Part shown: positions 9,436 to 20,592 of the stretch, piece by piece
How positions within the stretch are numbered: position 1 is the stretch's first letter
How the letters are laid out: the number at the start of each line of letters is the position of its first letter
NCBI GenBank assembly: GCA_030867685.1
Contig: JAQOWU010000007.1
Coordinates: 868,001 to 932,000, forward strand
Length of the DNA: 64,000 nucleotides
DNA from: Wickerhamiella versatilis
Lineage: Eukaryota
Direction of reading: 5' to 3'
Made by a program: the position numbers and the translations under genes
Notes under the pieces: model-generated
What the model was told of the DNA's origin: nothing
The model's database searches: none
Seen by the model: only the letters and a program-made list of their open reading frames with translations

Positions 9436-11055
9436 TTAAACTAGACGCACTGTGACATCTTGGGCGGCAAGGTATCGCTTCACATCCGCCACGGAGTACT
9501 CCTTGCGATGGAACATTCCCGCGCCCAGCGCTGCATCAACATTGGTCTTTTCAAATACCTCTGCAAAATGTTCGGGGCATCCTGCACCTGACGAAGCGAT
9601 AACAGGTATGCTCACAGCGTTTTTAATATCCTGAACCAATTCAAGATCAAACCCAGAATTAGTGCCATCCTTGTCGATGCAATTCAATAAGATTTCCCCA
9701 GCGCCTAACTGCTCCACAGCTTGCGCCAGTTCCCAAGCACCTAGGTCGCGTGTTTCACGTCCTCCCTTGACCGTACACTGATACCAGACATACTTTTCGC
9801 CATTCTTACCTGGGTACTTCGTTTCAAATGTGTGATGCTGGACCTCGCTTGGATCTGAGACATACACCCGCTTAGGGTCGATAGATACAACAACCGCCTG
9901 TGCGCCATAGGCACGGGAGATCGTTTCAATTGGGGATTTTCCTGTCTTTCCCTGTGCATAAAAAGACTGAGCTGCATCCACAGCATCGCTACCAATGCTA
10001 ACTTTGTCTGCACCAGATCTGAAATATAGCGAGGCAACATCTAATGCCGGGACCAATTCCCCAGATATCGGATCTTTGACATCCTTGATACCTCCACCAA
10101 TTGTCACGGGGACGAATACCGTCTCTGAGGCTAGATTGAGTACTTGCACCATTGGTTGATCTTTCAAAGGACTGTTTCGAAAGCTCACGATATTCAGAAA
10201 CGTAACCTCATCTGCTCCTTGGTCATAATAGGTTTGTGCAACCTCAACGGGTTTTCCTAGATTCCTAACGCCGGCATCGGATGTCTTCTCCCTTACATCA
10301 TATTGATCTCCTTTTGTGACCACTATATCCCCTTGGTCATTTGCTCTGACATCCAGGCAAGCTATAACCCGTTTGGTGAGTCCCGTGGATTCGGAATTAC
10401 TGATGGGTTCACCCCACTGTCTTCCTTCAAGGAACGAACGAATAACGTCCAGGCCAGCCCGACCCGACTTTTCGGGATGGAATTGAGTGAAAAGCTTGTT
10501 TCCACTGGCAATAGCACCCAGGAAAGTCTCGTCCTTATATGTACACAAGGCGTAATCCCATCCGTCGGGTACAGGTACTGACTTACGGTCAGGCACCATA
10601 ACAGCGTAGGAATGAACAAAATAGTATTTTCTTGCTGGATTTATACCATATAGTTCTCTGTCACCTGATACAGCCATATCATTCCATCCTATATGGGGTA
10701 CTGACTTGTTGGTTGTATTAAACTTTGACGCACCCCCCATCAGCATAGAAAGCCCTTTGCTAGCCGGGGCTTCCGTTGAATTATCAAATATAGATTGTAG
10801 GCCCACACAGATACCCATAAGTGGCTTTTCTGATTTTGCATACTCCAAAATAGGCCCTGTGAGTCCGCGTGCATGAACTTGGTCCATGAAATGGCCAAAA
10901 TTTCCAACTCCAGGAAGTAAGACCTTTTCAGCGTCTTTAAGAGAAGCTGCATCCTCACCACTACGAATAACTACAAGCTCGTAGCCCAGAAACTTGATTG
11001 CATTTTCTAAGCTTCGAATATTTCCGCTGCCCACATCGATCAGATGGACCTTCAT
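9436..11055 (-). CDS. HIS7: imidazole glycerol phosphate synthase (fused HisH-HisF)
   Basis: [48 protein letters not shown]; first in-frame ATG at 11055. Confidence 0.97.
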   Translation of the reverse strand: MKVHLIDVGSGNIRSLENAIKFLGYELVVIRSGEDAASLKDAEKVLLPGVGNFGHFMDQVHARGLTGPILEYAKSEKPLMGICVGLQSIFDNSTEAPASKGLSMLMGGASKFNTTNKSVPHIGWNDMAVSGDRELYGINPARKYYFVHSYAVMVPDRKSVPVPDGWDYALCTYKDETFLGAIASGNKLFTQFHPEKSGRAGLDVIRSFLEGRQWGEPISNSESTGLTKRVIACLDVRANDQGDIVVTKGDQYDVREKTSDAGVRNLGKPVEVAQTYYDQGADEVTFLNIVSFRNSPLKDQPMVQVLNLASETVFVPVTIGGGIKDVKDPISGELVPALDVASLYFRSGADKVSIGSDAVDAAQSFYAQGKTGKSPIETISRAYGAQAVVVSIDPKRVYVSDPSEVQHHTFETKYPGKNGEKYVWYQCTVKGGRETRDLGAWELAQAVEQLGAGEILLNCIDKDGTNSGFDLELVQDIKNAVSIPVIASSGAGCPEHFAEVFEKTNVDAALGAGMFHRKEYSVADVKRYLAAQDVTVRLV

Positions 11056-11064
11056 GTGTGCGTC

Positions 11065-11072
11065 TGACTCAT
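11065..11072. promoter_or_regulatory. Gcn4/AP-1-type site TGACTCAT, 10 bp upstream of the HIS7 ATG
   Basis: Exact consensus match at an amino-acid biosynthesis gene. Confidence 0.5.
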
Positions 11073-11255
11073 TCAATCGACCTTAGTTTCTAGATCTATA
11101 GAATCAGTCAACGGCCAGCAACTCGAGGTACTACATATCATAAGGCGTTTATATATTGTATATCCATTTTGCTTCTTCTTCAAACGTAAATTTAATTGTG
11201 GTAAAAGTTTCTCACTTATGTACTAAATCGCTAAATTCAGGTCAGGTTCACAGCT

Positions 11256-12428
<1,173 letters not shown>

Positions 12429-12549
12429 TTAAACCCTAGCCCTGATGTGACTCTTTGAGCAACCGGACGGGGGTGTAAGGACGCTATGTATGTATTTGTC
12501 GAGAAAAAATCAAAACGACTGTATATTGATGCTATTAGAAAGAATCAAT

Positions 12550-13599
12550 CTAAATAACCCGAGATTCCGGCCACCAAAATGGGGTAAAGGCGCTGACTTT
12601 GACGTCACCCACGTGAAACTCATGGCCTAATTTGTCCACCCGCATTTTGGCCAATCCTACATTCCCCAGTGCTGCCACAATCTCCCCTGCTGGCCGTGGA
12701 CGCCTGCGTGATGAACTAGCACCAAAGGGGTTTTGGGGATAGGACTGAGCAACGGTCTCAGCATTAGGTACCGGTGAGGCATCCTGTATATCGACTCCAG
12801 GTTCAATTGTTTCATAAACCTTAGGCGCATAAATCTCCTCCGGGATCGTCTCTCCTTCTCTCGAGAAGGCAACTGGGGACACCCGCTTGCGTACGGTTCC
12901 ATGGTGATGGGTCCGAATAGTGAGCTCTTGACCTATGTAGCAGCCCTTATCAAACTCGATTCCCCCCATATAGTCTACACAGTAGTCAAGGGGCAATGCC
13001 TTGTCGGGAAGAAGTTCATTGGTTCCCTCAGGGATGCCAAAGAGGTAGCGTCGGAGCATATAGGTATTAAGGGGGCTTTGAATTGATTCATCAGGAGCAT
13101 TCTGGTCAGGTATTAACATGCGATACCCCATGCCAGGCGCTCGAGTGTCTGGAATAAGAAGAGACGAATCTTCCTGTTTGATGTTTTTCGCTATATGCTC
13201 CTGCTCCTCGGAGTCATCCCAGGCTGCCCAAACACCAACATCTCGAACCAGCGAGATGTCAACATCTGAGAGCAGCTTATGCACCCGCAGCGTCTTGACG
13301 ACGCGTTCCACTGCAGGGTTGTCAACCTCTATAAGGTAACCCCCATTATGTCCGAATGAATTTTGTGCTGCATAGATGAAGGTATCAATGACCACTCTGC
13401 CTTTTGCATTGAGCATGGCACTATAGCAGCCACGCCGGGATGCTTCGGCGTGGTCGGGTGGACGCGTAGTGAGCAGTCCGTTGAGGAACTTAGCACTATC
13501 ATTGCCGGTGACAGCTAACAGTGAGCGCGGGAGACGCACGAAAGCGGTCTCTGGCACTCCTCGGGGAAGTGCTGAGGCCGTACTGAGAAACCGTCTCAT
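12550..13599 (-). CDS. IBA57: mitochondrial Fe-S maturation factor (YgfZ/Iba57 family)
   Basis: Mitochondrial-type N-terminus, G.DSAKFLNGL, signature KGCYIGQELT. Confidence 0.92.
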   Translation of the reverse strand: MRRFLSTASALPRGVPETAFVRLPRSLLAVTGNDSAKFLNGLLTTRPPDHAEASRRGCYSAMLNAKGRVVIDTFIYAAQNSFGHNGGYLIEVDNPAVERVVKTLRVHKLLSDVDISLVRDVGVWAAWDDSEEQEHIAKNIKQEDSSLLIPDTRAPGMGYRMLIPDQNAPDESIQSPLNTYMLRRYLFGIPEGTNELLPDKALPLDYCVDYMGGIEFDKGCYIGQELTIRTHHHGTVRKRVSPVAFSREGETIPEEIYAPKVYETIEPGVDIQDASPVPNAETVAQSYPQNPFGASSSRRRPRPAGEIVAALGNVGLAKMRVDKLGHEFHVGDVKVSAFTPFWWPESRVI

Positions 13600-14349
13600 A
13601 CGCTTAGGTCAGTCTCTTGGTTAGATGTATTAACATTTCCTGTGGCAAACAAGAGCTTTGGATTAAAAACAAATTAGACAATTTAACTCCAAATAGTACC
13701 ACAGTTGGGCGTATTTCTAGAATTTGTCTACTTGCTCGTAGTTTTTTTTTCTTTCACGAGTCGCAGCTCACAGCTCTACCTTTCGGACTTTTAATCTCCT
13801 ACCACTATATACCATGCTTTTTCAAGCTTAGGAGCCGGGGCTAAAATTTCGGCATCAGAAACTTGGGCTTTGATTCGAGTGCATCTATAAGCCCCTGAAA
13901 GTCAGCAAGTAATTTTTCACCCCATCATTTTTGAGTGGATGTCAAAATACTAATGTAGCGGAATATTATTCTTTCACCTTTTAATTACTTATTAGTGTCC
14001 TTTCATGAACTGTTACGACTAAAGCCCTCACCACGTTCATAACCCACCACCAATCAGATTATTGTATGAATTTAACGATTTGGCTTACAGTGCATATATC
14101 GCGACGAAGAACTTGGCTAGTGCAGAATGGGTATTTTTTTTTAGCATAAAGTGTAAAAACCTTTGTTGCATACTAGACACATTTTAAGACTCTACTGGTA
14201 CCTATTTTCTCAAACTGTAGGCCCTCAGAACGCTTTTTCAGAGTGTAAGCTCCATGAGCTGAAACTCTCTCCTGGGTAGGGTTTGTCACCCTAGCCCTTT
14301 TGGGACAAATGGCTCCACTCCCATAGGCAGGTATAGATTTATTATCTGG

Positions 14350-15594
14350 ATGGCCACATTGAAACAGGTATACATGCCTGAAGACAGTCGCCGGTTTTTT
14401 CCTTCCTATACGGTGCCGGCACCCACGTCGGGTATCTGGGTACAAACTTCACCACGCCCAGGTTCGTCTTCTGCCGTACCTTCTCCTCCTGAGCAGCACG
14501 CGGGCGTCAACCCATGGGCCATGCCTGCACCAAAACCTTTAATGAGCGCCAGTTCTACGTCCTTAGCCGATTTTGCCACAGCGACGCCACCTTTTTATGC
14601 GCGTCCTCCAGGCGCAGCGCCACCCCAGTCCTCTACTCCAGCAAATTCTGCGCCTCCGCTAAATACCGGAGCGCAACAACAGACACCCCAGCCTGCTTCG
14701 GGGACCTCTTCTCAAGCAGATGATGAGTTGATCCCCACAGCAATAGTGGTGAAAAATATCCCGTTCGCAATTAAAAAAGAACAACTTACTGAATTTATGA
14801 CCCAATTAAAGTTGCCCCTGCCTTATGCTTTCAATTATCATTTCGATAATGGGGTATTTCGTGGTCTGGCATTTGCCAACTTCTCGACCCCTGAGGAAAC
14901 GGCACTTGCCATCACCACCCTTAATGGCCGGGAAATCGGTGGACGCAAGTTACGAGTCGAATACAAGAAAATGCTCCCGTATCAGGAAAGAGAGCGGATC
15001 GAGCGGGAGAAGCGTGAAAAAAGAGGACAGCTCGAAGAGCAGCATGTTTCACCTCCTCCATCGGTTGCATCTTCTGCTGCCTCGGCCCCTGCTTCCCCTG
15101 GTTCCTCCTCCTATAGGGTTGATATGAATGACCAAGAAACACTCGCTATGTATTCGACCCTGCTTCTTTTCCGTGAGGACCGCACCCGTAGTGACCTGCA
15201 GGTTCCGGCGGGGGCTTTAGGGCGATCTCAAATCAGATTGCTCAATGCTCTCTGTAACCAGCTCGAATTGTCCTGCTCAGTGAATGACCAGGGTGCCATT
15301 TCCATAATCAGGCTCGCTCCTCTCCCTGTTAAAGGATTGCACCCTACATATTTAATGTCAGGGCCATTACGAATGGCAGTAACGACAAGTGCGAGTGCAG
15401 ACACAATCCCAAGAGTGAAAACACTTAATGACCTTGCTTCAAGCCCATGGGGCGCCCCAGGTACGCCTTCGCCCACTTTAGGAGGTCCAGTGCCGTCGGC
15501 AGCTGCTGTGAATACACCTTTTGCTGCTCGCCGTTTCGGTTCTGTTCCTGCGCCATTCACGCCTAAACCATTTGATGATAAGACGATCTTATGA
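14350..15594 (+). CDS. PIN4: RRM RNA-binding protein (Pin4/Cip2 family)
   Basis: IPTAIVVKNIPFAIKKEQL...PYAFNYHFDNGVFRGLAFANF...GRKLRVEYKKMLP. Confidence 0.9.
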   Translation: MATLKQVYMPEDSRRFFPSYTVPAPTSGIWVQTSPRPGSSSAVPSPPEQHAGVNPWAMPAPKPLMSASSTSLADFATATPPFYARPPGAAPPQSSTPANSAPPLNTGAQQQTPQPASGTSSQADDELIPTAIVVKNIPFAIKKEQLTEFMTQLKLPLPYAFNYHFDNGVFRGLAFANFSTPEETALAITTLNGREIGGRKLRVEYKKMLPYQERERIEREKREKRGQLEEQHVSPPPSVASSAASAPASPGSSSYRVDMNDQETLAMYSTLLLFREDRTRSDLQVPAGALGRSQIRLLNALCNQLELSCSVNDQGAISIIRLAPLPVKGLHPTYLMSGPLRMAVTTSASADTIPRVKTLNDLASSPWGAPGTPSPTLGGPVPSAAAVNTPFAARRFGSVPAPFTPKPFDDKTIL

Positions 15595-15738
15595 TGTGGT
15601 ATGCTGTATGATATATGTGATTTTTTTTAGTTAGCCAAAGTCAAAACTTTTTTCCATTCATAGAGATGTTATTACGCTTTTAAATTTCCGTTCCCTTTCT
15701 TATTCCTATGTTATTGTTGCACAAGCAAAAAGGTTTAC

Positions 15739-15816
15739 TGTCCCTTTTTTTTTCCGTGTCCCTTTTTTCCGTGTCCCTTTTTCCGTGTCCCTTTTTCCGT
15801 GTCCTTATTTTTTCCG
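15739..15816. repeat. minisatellite, unit T(n)CCGTGTCCC with a 14-15 bp period, 4 full copies plus partials
   Basis: tgtcccttttttttt ccgtgtccctttttt ccgtgtcccttttt ccgtgtcccttttt ccgtgtccttattttttccg, between the convergent PIN4 and AIM10 3' ends. Confidence 0.9.
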
Positions 15817-15864
15817 AATCCTTCTTGACACTGCCTTTTAAGTGTATCAAGTTTTGTGCAGGGT

Positions 15865-17106
15865 CTAGGCGGTGCTCAATAGCTCTTTTACTGTTGAGTT
15901 CAGCTGCTTCTGTGTAACAGTCCGTGATTCACCCGACCTGCGGGCCTGGACTTCGAGTAATCCATCAGTCTCAAATTTATTACCAGCTATCACGGTTATG
16001 GGCCACCCGGCCTGGCGGGCAGCCCTCATAAGGTGGCCTATTTGCTGGCTTCGATCATCAAACTCCGCATCTATGCCATCCTCACACATATGGCTAGCAA
16101 TCTCCAGGGAAATGGCAGGAGTACGAGATACCACCATGGCTTCAAACGGTGAAATTGATGCGGGCCAAATTAAACCATAGTCATCACGCAGCTTTTCCGT
16201 TACAGCGCCTATGATCCTGGTGACCCCTATACCGTAGCATCCCATTTGCATAGCTTGATTCTGTCCTGACGGAAGTGTCACACTTGCACCTAGGGGTTCA
16301 GTGTATCGTGTGCCGAGGAAGAATGTGTGTCCAACCTCAATGCCGTGACTTAGATCCAACGACGCTTGGGAACATTTTGGACAGTCACGTTCATCACCAT
16401 GCTTCTCTGTATTGGCTGCATACCCACAATTTTTGCATAAAACCAGTGCATCTTCACCTGCCGGTGTGACATAGTGGTATTCGTGAGATAGACTTCCCCC
16501 CATATTCCCAGAGTCTGCATCCACCTTGACCCATTCCACTCCAATATCATCGAATATTTCTTGATAAGCTTTACTGAGGTCATGGTAGGCCCTAGAAGCA
16601 GCTTCATTATCAGTGTCAAACGAGTAGGCATCCTTCATCATGAATTCACGAGTCCGTAACAAGCCCTGTCGTGGCCTCAATTCATTGCGAAATTTACGAG
16701 TGATCTGATATACACGTATTGGAAGCTGTCGATAAGAAACAGGTCCGACGAGGGCTGTCACCTGTTCTTCGCCTGTTGGGGTAAGTAGAGATCCATCACT
16801 TCCGAAAAGGTATTCACTAGGGGCCGACGAGCTCTCTTCATCAGAAGAACCAAGTCGACCACTTTTACGCCATAGATTTGCATCGACAAGTGTAGAGAGT
16901 GCCAATTCTGAGCAGTAAGCTTCATGTAGTCTTCGTCGAATCAGCGTTTCTATCTTTTGCTGAACTCGCACACCCAAAGGAAGGAGATCGTAAATACCAC
17001 TTTGAGCACGTCTTGCAATCCCGTGTGTGACCAAAAGCTCGGCAGCACTGCTTGGCCTACTTCGAGAGAGAGCTGGAGCCAGCCAGCGAGTCAGTCCCCA
17101 CGGCAT
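15865..17106 (-). CDS. AIM10: mitochondrial prolyl-tRNA synthetase
   Basis: SGIYDLLPLG, PTGEEQVT, YQITRKFRNELRPRQGLLRTREFMMKDAYSFD, GIEVGHTF, MGCYGIGVTRI. Confidence 0.9.
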   Translation of the reverse strand: MPWGLTRWLAPALSRSRPSSAAELLVTHGIARRAQSGIYDLLPLGVRVQQKIETLIRRRLHEAYCSELALSTLVDANLWRKSGRLGSSDEESSSAPSEYLFGSDGSLLTPTGEEQVTALVGPVSYRQLPIRVYQITRKFRNELRPRQGLLRTREFMMKDAYSFDTDNEAASRAYHDLSKAYQEIFDDIGVEWVKVDADSGNMGGSLSHEYHYVTPAGEDALVLCKNCGYAANTEKHGDERDCPKCSQASLDLSHGIEVGHTFFLGTRYTEPLGASVTLPSGQNQAMQMGCYGIGVTRIIGAVTEKLRDDYGLIWPASISPFEAMVVSRTPAISLEIASHMCEDGIDAEFDDRSQQIGHLMRAARQAGWPITVIAGNKFETDGLLEVQARRSGESRTVTQKQLNSTVKELLSTA

Positions 17107-17224
17107 TTAGTCAGGACCGGTGTTCACACACTCGCATCATTCACGCTGTAACCAATTTAATATATGTCGCTTTTCACGTACTAAATGACATAAAATGCCT
17201 GTCTACAGCTATTTAATGCCATAT

Positions 17225-18592
17225 TTACAATTTTTCGCTATCGTGTTCTCTTGGAGGATTAGACTCTCCCTTAGTGGATTCATAGAACAACATAAATACA
17301 CCCTGAGCTCCCAGCACCTGGGATTCAGTGGTTAGATCCACAGTATCATCAGATATCCGCCACCAAAGTCCATCGAATTTTCTGAAGCATACATAATGCC
17401 CAAAATTTGCCGATCCATAATGCACCACCGCCGCCTTAAGGGCATAAATTTCTGGCTTCTTTGGCGTTGGCGCCATGGGCTCCCGTGGATCGTTGTTTGC
17501 CTCATCCTCTGAATCAGTAGCATATTGGGCTAAATTGAGCATGGCAGGGAACTCCACAGGTGCATAGTTCTTTCGGACAAAGCCGGTTCGAAGGTCAAAA
17601 ACGCTGCGATTTATGTGTATCATTAGGACCTCCGGAAGCGGACGGCTGAACATAGTCTGTTTTGTCTTATCTGCCTGAATCCGGATGTTGTTGCACTTGA
17701 GGTGAGAGTACCGCTTCTCATCTATTACTTTTTCCTGAAGCGCAGAATTAACCTCTTCCACTCTTTTGAGCATTGCCATCCGCAGGGGACCATCCTCGGG
17801 CATCTTCTCCTGGATGCGAAGTTTATAGTCAACCAGACTACAGCGGTAACACTCGACCCCGGAAATGGTCTCCATGGCACAATAGCTACCAAGTAGGTCA
17901 CTGAGTCTAATTGGCCCTGTCATTGTCGGCTCAAGCGAGAGATCAACGCTGGATATAACACCTCGTCTAATTCCCTCCATATCCCCACAGCGCAGGCATC
18001 CCACACGTACTGCGAAATCACCATCGAAAGGGGTGATCCTACCTGCCTTTTCGTCGGGATGTTTGGCCTTCCAATCTTGCTCTAGTGATTGTAATAGCTT
18101 CTGGAAGAATTCCTGAGCATCTTCCTGATCAAGCCTGGACCATCTCTCTGCACCGCCAATTGCCTGCATTAGCCGCGAGGTTGAATAGCCATGTATGGCA
18201 GTATGAATCTGATTTAGGTTAAGTATAAGGTCTGCGAGGCTTTCACTCAAATTGTTCTCTGCTTTATTTTCCGTAGCAAAATTCTCGACCGGTTTGCACG
18301 AGGCTAACGCTTGAACAACAGAATTAATAAAGCAGGTATTACCTTCATTCCAGAGACCACCGACGTGCGTTTCCTTAAACTTTTCAATATGCCTTGCGCG
18401 CTCTGATTCATTTATTTCGTCCTCCCGGAACGATGATGGACCCACGCCACCTGATGCCTTATTATATAGATACCGCATTGATGCTGAAGCCATATCTACA
18501 CCTCCTCGTAGAGTATCACTTATCATATAAGCTCCAATACACAATGAGATGAGAAGAACTACGGTTGAGATTGAGTCAAAGCGCAGTTCCAT
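17225..18592 (-). CDS. UBP1: ubiquitin-specific protease with an N-terminal transmembrane segment (Ubp1-like)
   Basis: Cys box GLWNEGNTCFINSVVQAL, QEDAQEFF, His box VVHYGSANFGHY, WWRISD; first ATG at 18592. Confidence 0.82.
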   Translation of the reverse strand: MELRFDSISTVVLLISLCIGAYMISDTLRGGVDMASASMRYLYNKASGGVGPSSFREDEINESERARHIEKFKETHVGGLWNEGNTCFINSVVQALASCKPVENFATENKAENNLSESLADLILNLNQIHTAIHGYSTSRLMQAIGGAERWSRLDQEDAQEFFQKLLQSLEQDWKAKHPDEKAGRITPFDGDFAVRVGCLRCGDMEGIRRGVISSVDLSLEPTMTGPIRLSDLLGSYCAMETISGVECYRCSLVDYKLRIQEKMPEDGPLRMAMLKRVEEVNSALQEKVIDEKRYSHLKCNNIRIQADKTKQTMFSRPLPEVLMIHINRSVFDLRTGFVRKNYAPVEFPAMLNLAQYATDSEDEANNDPREPMAPTPKKPEIYALKAAVVHYGSANFGHYVCFRKFDGLWWRISDDTVDLTTESQVLGAQGVFMLFYESTKGESNPPREHDSEKL

Positions 18593-18962
18593 CACTCTCC
18601 CGGCCACCCGGGTAAATTTTCGCTTAATAATTTCAAGGTTGAGATATTTATTCTAGGTTGGAGCTTGTCAGTTTGCTAGTCAGATAAATTGACTATAGAT
18701 GTAGTATAGTACGTTGCTGACCCCAATTGTGGTCTGGAAACTCTATAATCTGTAATCGTCACAAGCTTTTTTGCTCTGCACGTGCTTTTTGCCAGTATCG
18801 CTATACGAGTAGTTGGTATTTTCGCCAGAAATTCTGGCGAGCCATGAAAATTACTAGCTGCCTAGAGTCAATTACAAATTTTCAGCTTGAATTATGGTCT
18901 GCTTAGGCCACCCTGGGAACTGCCATATGTTAATCGTCTGGCGAAATCTGGCTGACACACGA

Positions 18963-19386
18963 ATGGCCAAAAAACGTAAGTTAAATTGCCCACACCAGTG
19001 TTCGAGCATACTAACCAATAGAAAAGCAGGCGAGCAAGAACTCTCGTGCAGCCCGACGGGGAGAGGTCTATGATGTCGACCTTGATCTGGATGTCGACAG
19101 CGAGCAGAAGGATGGCCGGACCCGGGTTTTAGAACAACTGGCTGAAACTGGGGTCAGGCAGCCCGATGAAGCTAGCGATGATGTGTTGAAACCCCAGAAG
19201 AAAAGCATACAAAAGCAGCGGTCGCGGGCAAGAAATAAGCGGACCAAAAAAGGCCAGGAAAAGGCTGAGGCATTCCAAGATATGCTGAAGGAAAAAGTTG
19301 CAGAAGCAGAGAAACGACACAAAGCTATCCGTAAGTATCGCGAGGAGGAATTGAATGAGAATGATTCTACTGCTGCTGCACAATAA
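18963..19386 (+). CDS. spliced Ecm1/Alb1-like 60S biogenesis protein (exons 18963-18975 and 19022-19386, 125 aa)
   Basis: ATGGCCAAAAAAC|GTAAGT...TACTAAC caaTAG|; the spliced product MAKKQKQASKNSRAARRGE resembles the Ecm1 MAKKISKNSRAAR N-terminus, and the C-terminus is basic. Confidence 0.8.
18976..19021 (+). other. 46-nt spliceosomal intron
   Basis: Canonical GTAAGT donor, TACTAAC branch point and TAG acceptor; removal restores the reading frame. Confidence 0.9.
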
Positions 19387-19599
19387 GCCTTTGTTCATTC
19401 AGTCAGTCACTCAATTTATTTTTTTTTCTTATACAGGACCATCGCCGTCCCCAAAGTATATAATGCTAGATAGACCACACCAATAAACAATCGCATGATT
19501 TTTGTGTATGTACAGTTAAAAATTTGGCGTGAGTTGAACAGGAGTCTCCACTTTCAGCCGCTGGTACTCAACGAATTTGGTTTGTCATCATAACCGACA

Positions 19600-20592
19600 A
19601 TGTTCCGAACGAGTGTGCCGGACACTCAGTCTGCCGTTGATCGTAATGCAATAATTCCTGAGGCAGCCACTCCCCAAGATGAGATATCCTATTTTCAGAA
19701 TACCAAAGCCCCCGATTATCTCCCTAGACTTGAGGAGCAGGTGTCCGAATTTGTTGCAAAGCACGCGCCCCTGAGAAGGATAGCCGTTGTTACCAGTGGT
19801 GGTACCACGGTTCCACTGGAAAATAATACAGTCCGTTTTATTGATAATTTTAGTGCAGGCACACGTGGATCAGCAAGTGCAGAACAGCTTTTACAGGAGG
19901 GTTACGCAGTTATTTTCGTCCACCGTGAATTCTCGCTTCTACCATGGGGACGGTTATTTCAACATACGATGGCCTTAGATTTGTTTGAAGAAACAAAGGA
20001 CGGTAGAATAGATGCCAAGCCAGAATACAAGAAAAAGTTTCAAAACGCGCTGCGAGCTTACAATGATAGTCGGGATCGGCTGCTACTCGTGCCATTTACG
20101 ACAGTCAGCCAATATCTCTATACTCTACGAAGCGTGGCTCTGAGATTGAGGCTGGCTGCTGGAAAGGTTTTGTTTTTCCTCGCAGCTGCAGTATCAGACT
20201 TCTTCTTGCCAGAATCCCGAGTTCCTAACCATAAAATCCAGAGCAATAATACTGGAGAACTAGTTATTCATCTGGATCCCGTTCCAAAGTTTTTACGCAG
20301 GCTCGTAGAGACTTGGGTCCCGGGTGCCATGATTGTGAGCTTCAAGCTTGAAACTGATGAGGAAATTCTTCAGGAAAAATGCCAAAATGCCTTGGATCGG
20401 TATGGTCACGAACTCGTGGTAGGAAACCTGCTGCAAACCCGAAAGAAGGAGGTATGGTTCGTATACCATGGTGGCGAGGACCATATCACGTTGGACGACG
20501 ATAAGAATCACGACGAAATAGAGAACATTTTCGTTCCTCGTGTGATAGACCTCCATACCAGATTTATAAATGAGCATAAGACGACTTATTAG
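19600..20592 (+). CDS. CAB2: phosphopantothenate--cysteine ligase
   Basis: VTSGGTTVPLENNTVRFIDNFSAGTRGSASAE, FLAAAVSDFF, IVSFKLETD. Confidence 0.95.
   Translation: MFRTSVPDTQSAVDRNAIIPEAATPQDEISYFQNTKAPDYLPRLEEQVSEFVAKHAPLRRIAVVTSGGTTVPLENNTVRFIDNFSAGTRGSASAEQLLQEGYAVIFVHREFSLLPWGRLFQHTMALDLFEETKDGRIDAKPEYKKKFQNALRAYNDSRDRLLLVPFTTVSQYLYTLRSVALRLRLAAGKVLFFLAAAVSDFFLPESRVPNHKIQSNNTGELVIHLDPVPKFLRRLVETWVPGAMIVSFKLETDEEILQEKCQNALDRYGHELVVGNLLQTRKKEVWFVYHGGEDHITLDDDKNHDEIENIFVPRVIDLHTRFINEHKTTY

Noticed and set aside
13905-13958. Possible GC-AG 5' UTR intron upstream of PIN4 (GCAAGT...TACTAAT GTAG)
   Set aside because: Non-canonical donor and branch point; cannot be supported without RNA data
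15865-17106. Bacterial-like ProRS as a horizontal transfer
   Set aside because: Bacterial-type sequence is expected for the mitochondrial enzyme (Aim10), and it has a presequence-like N-terminus
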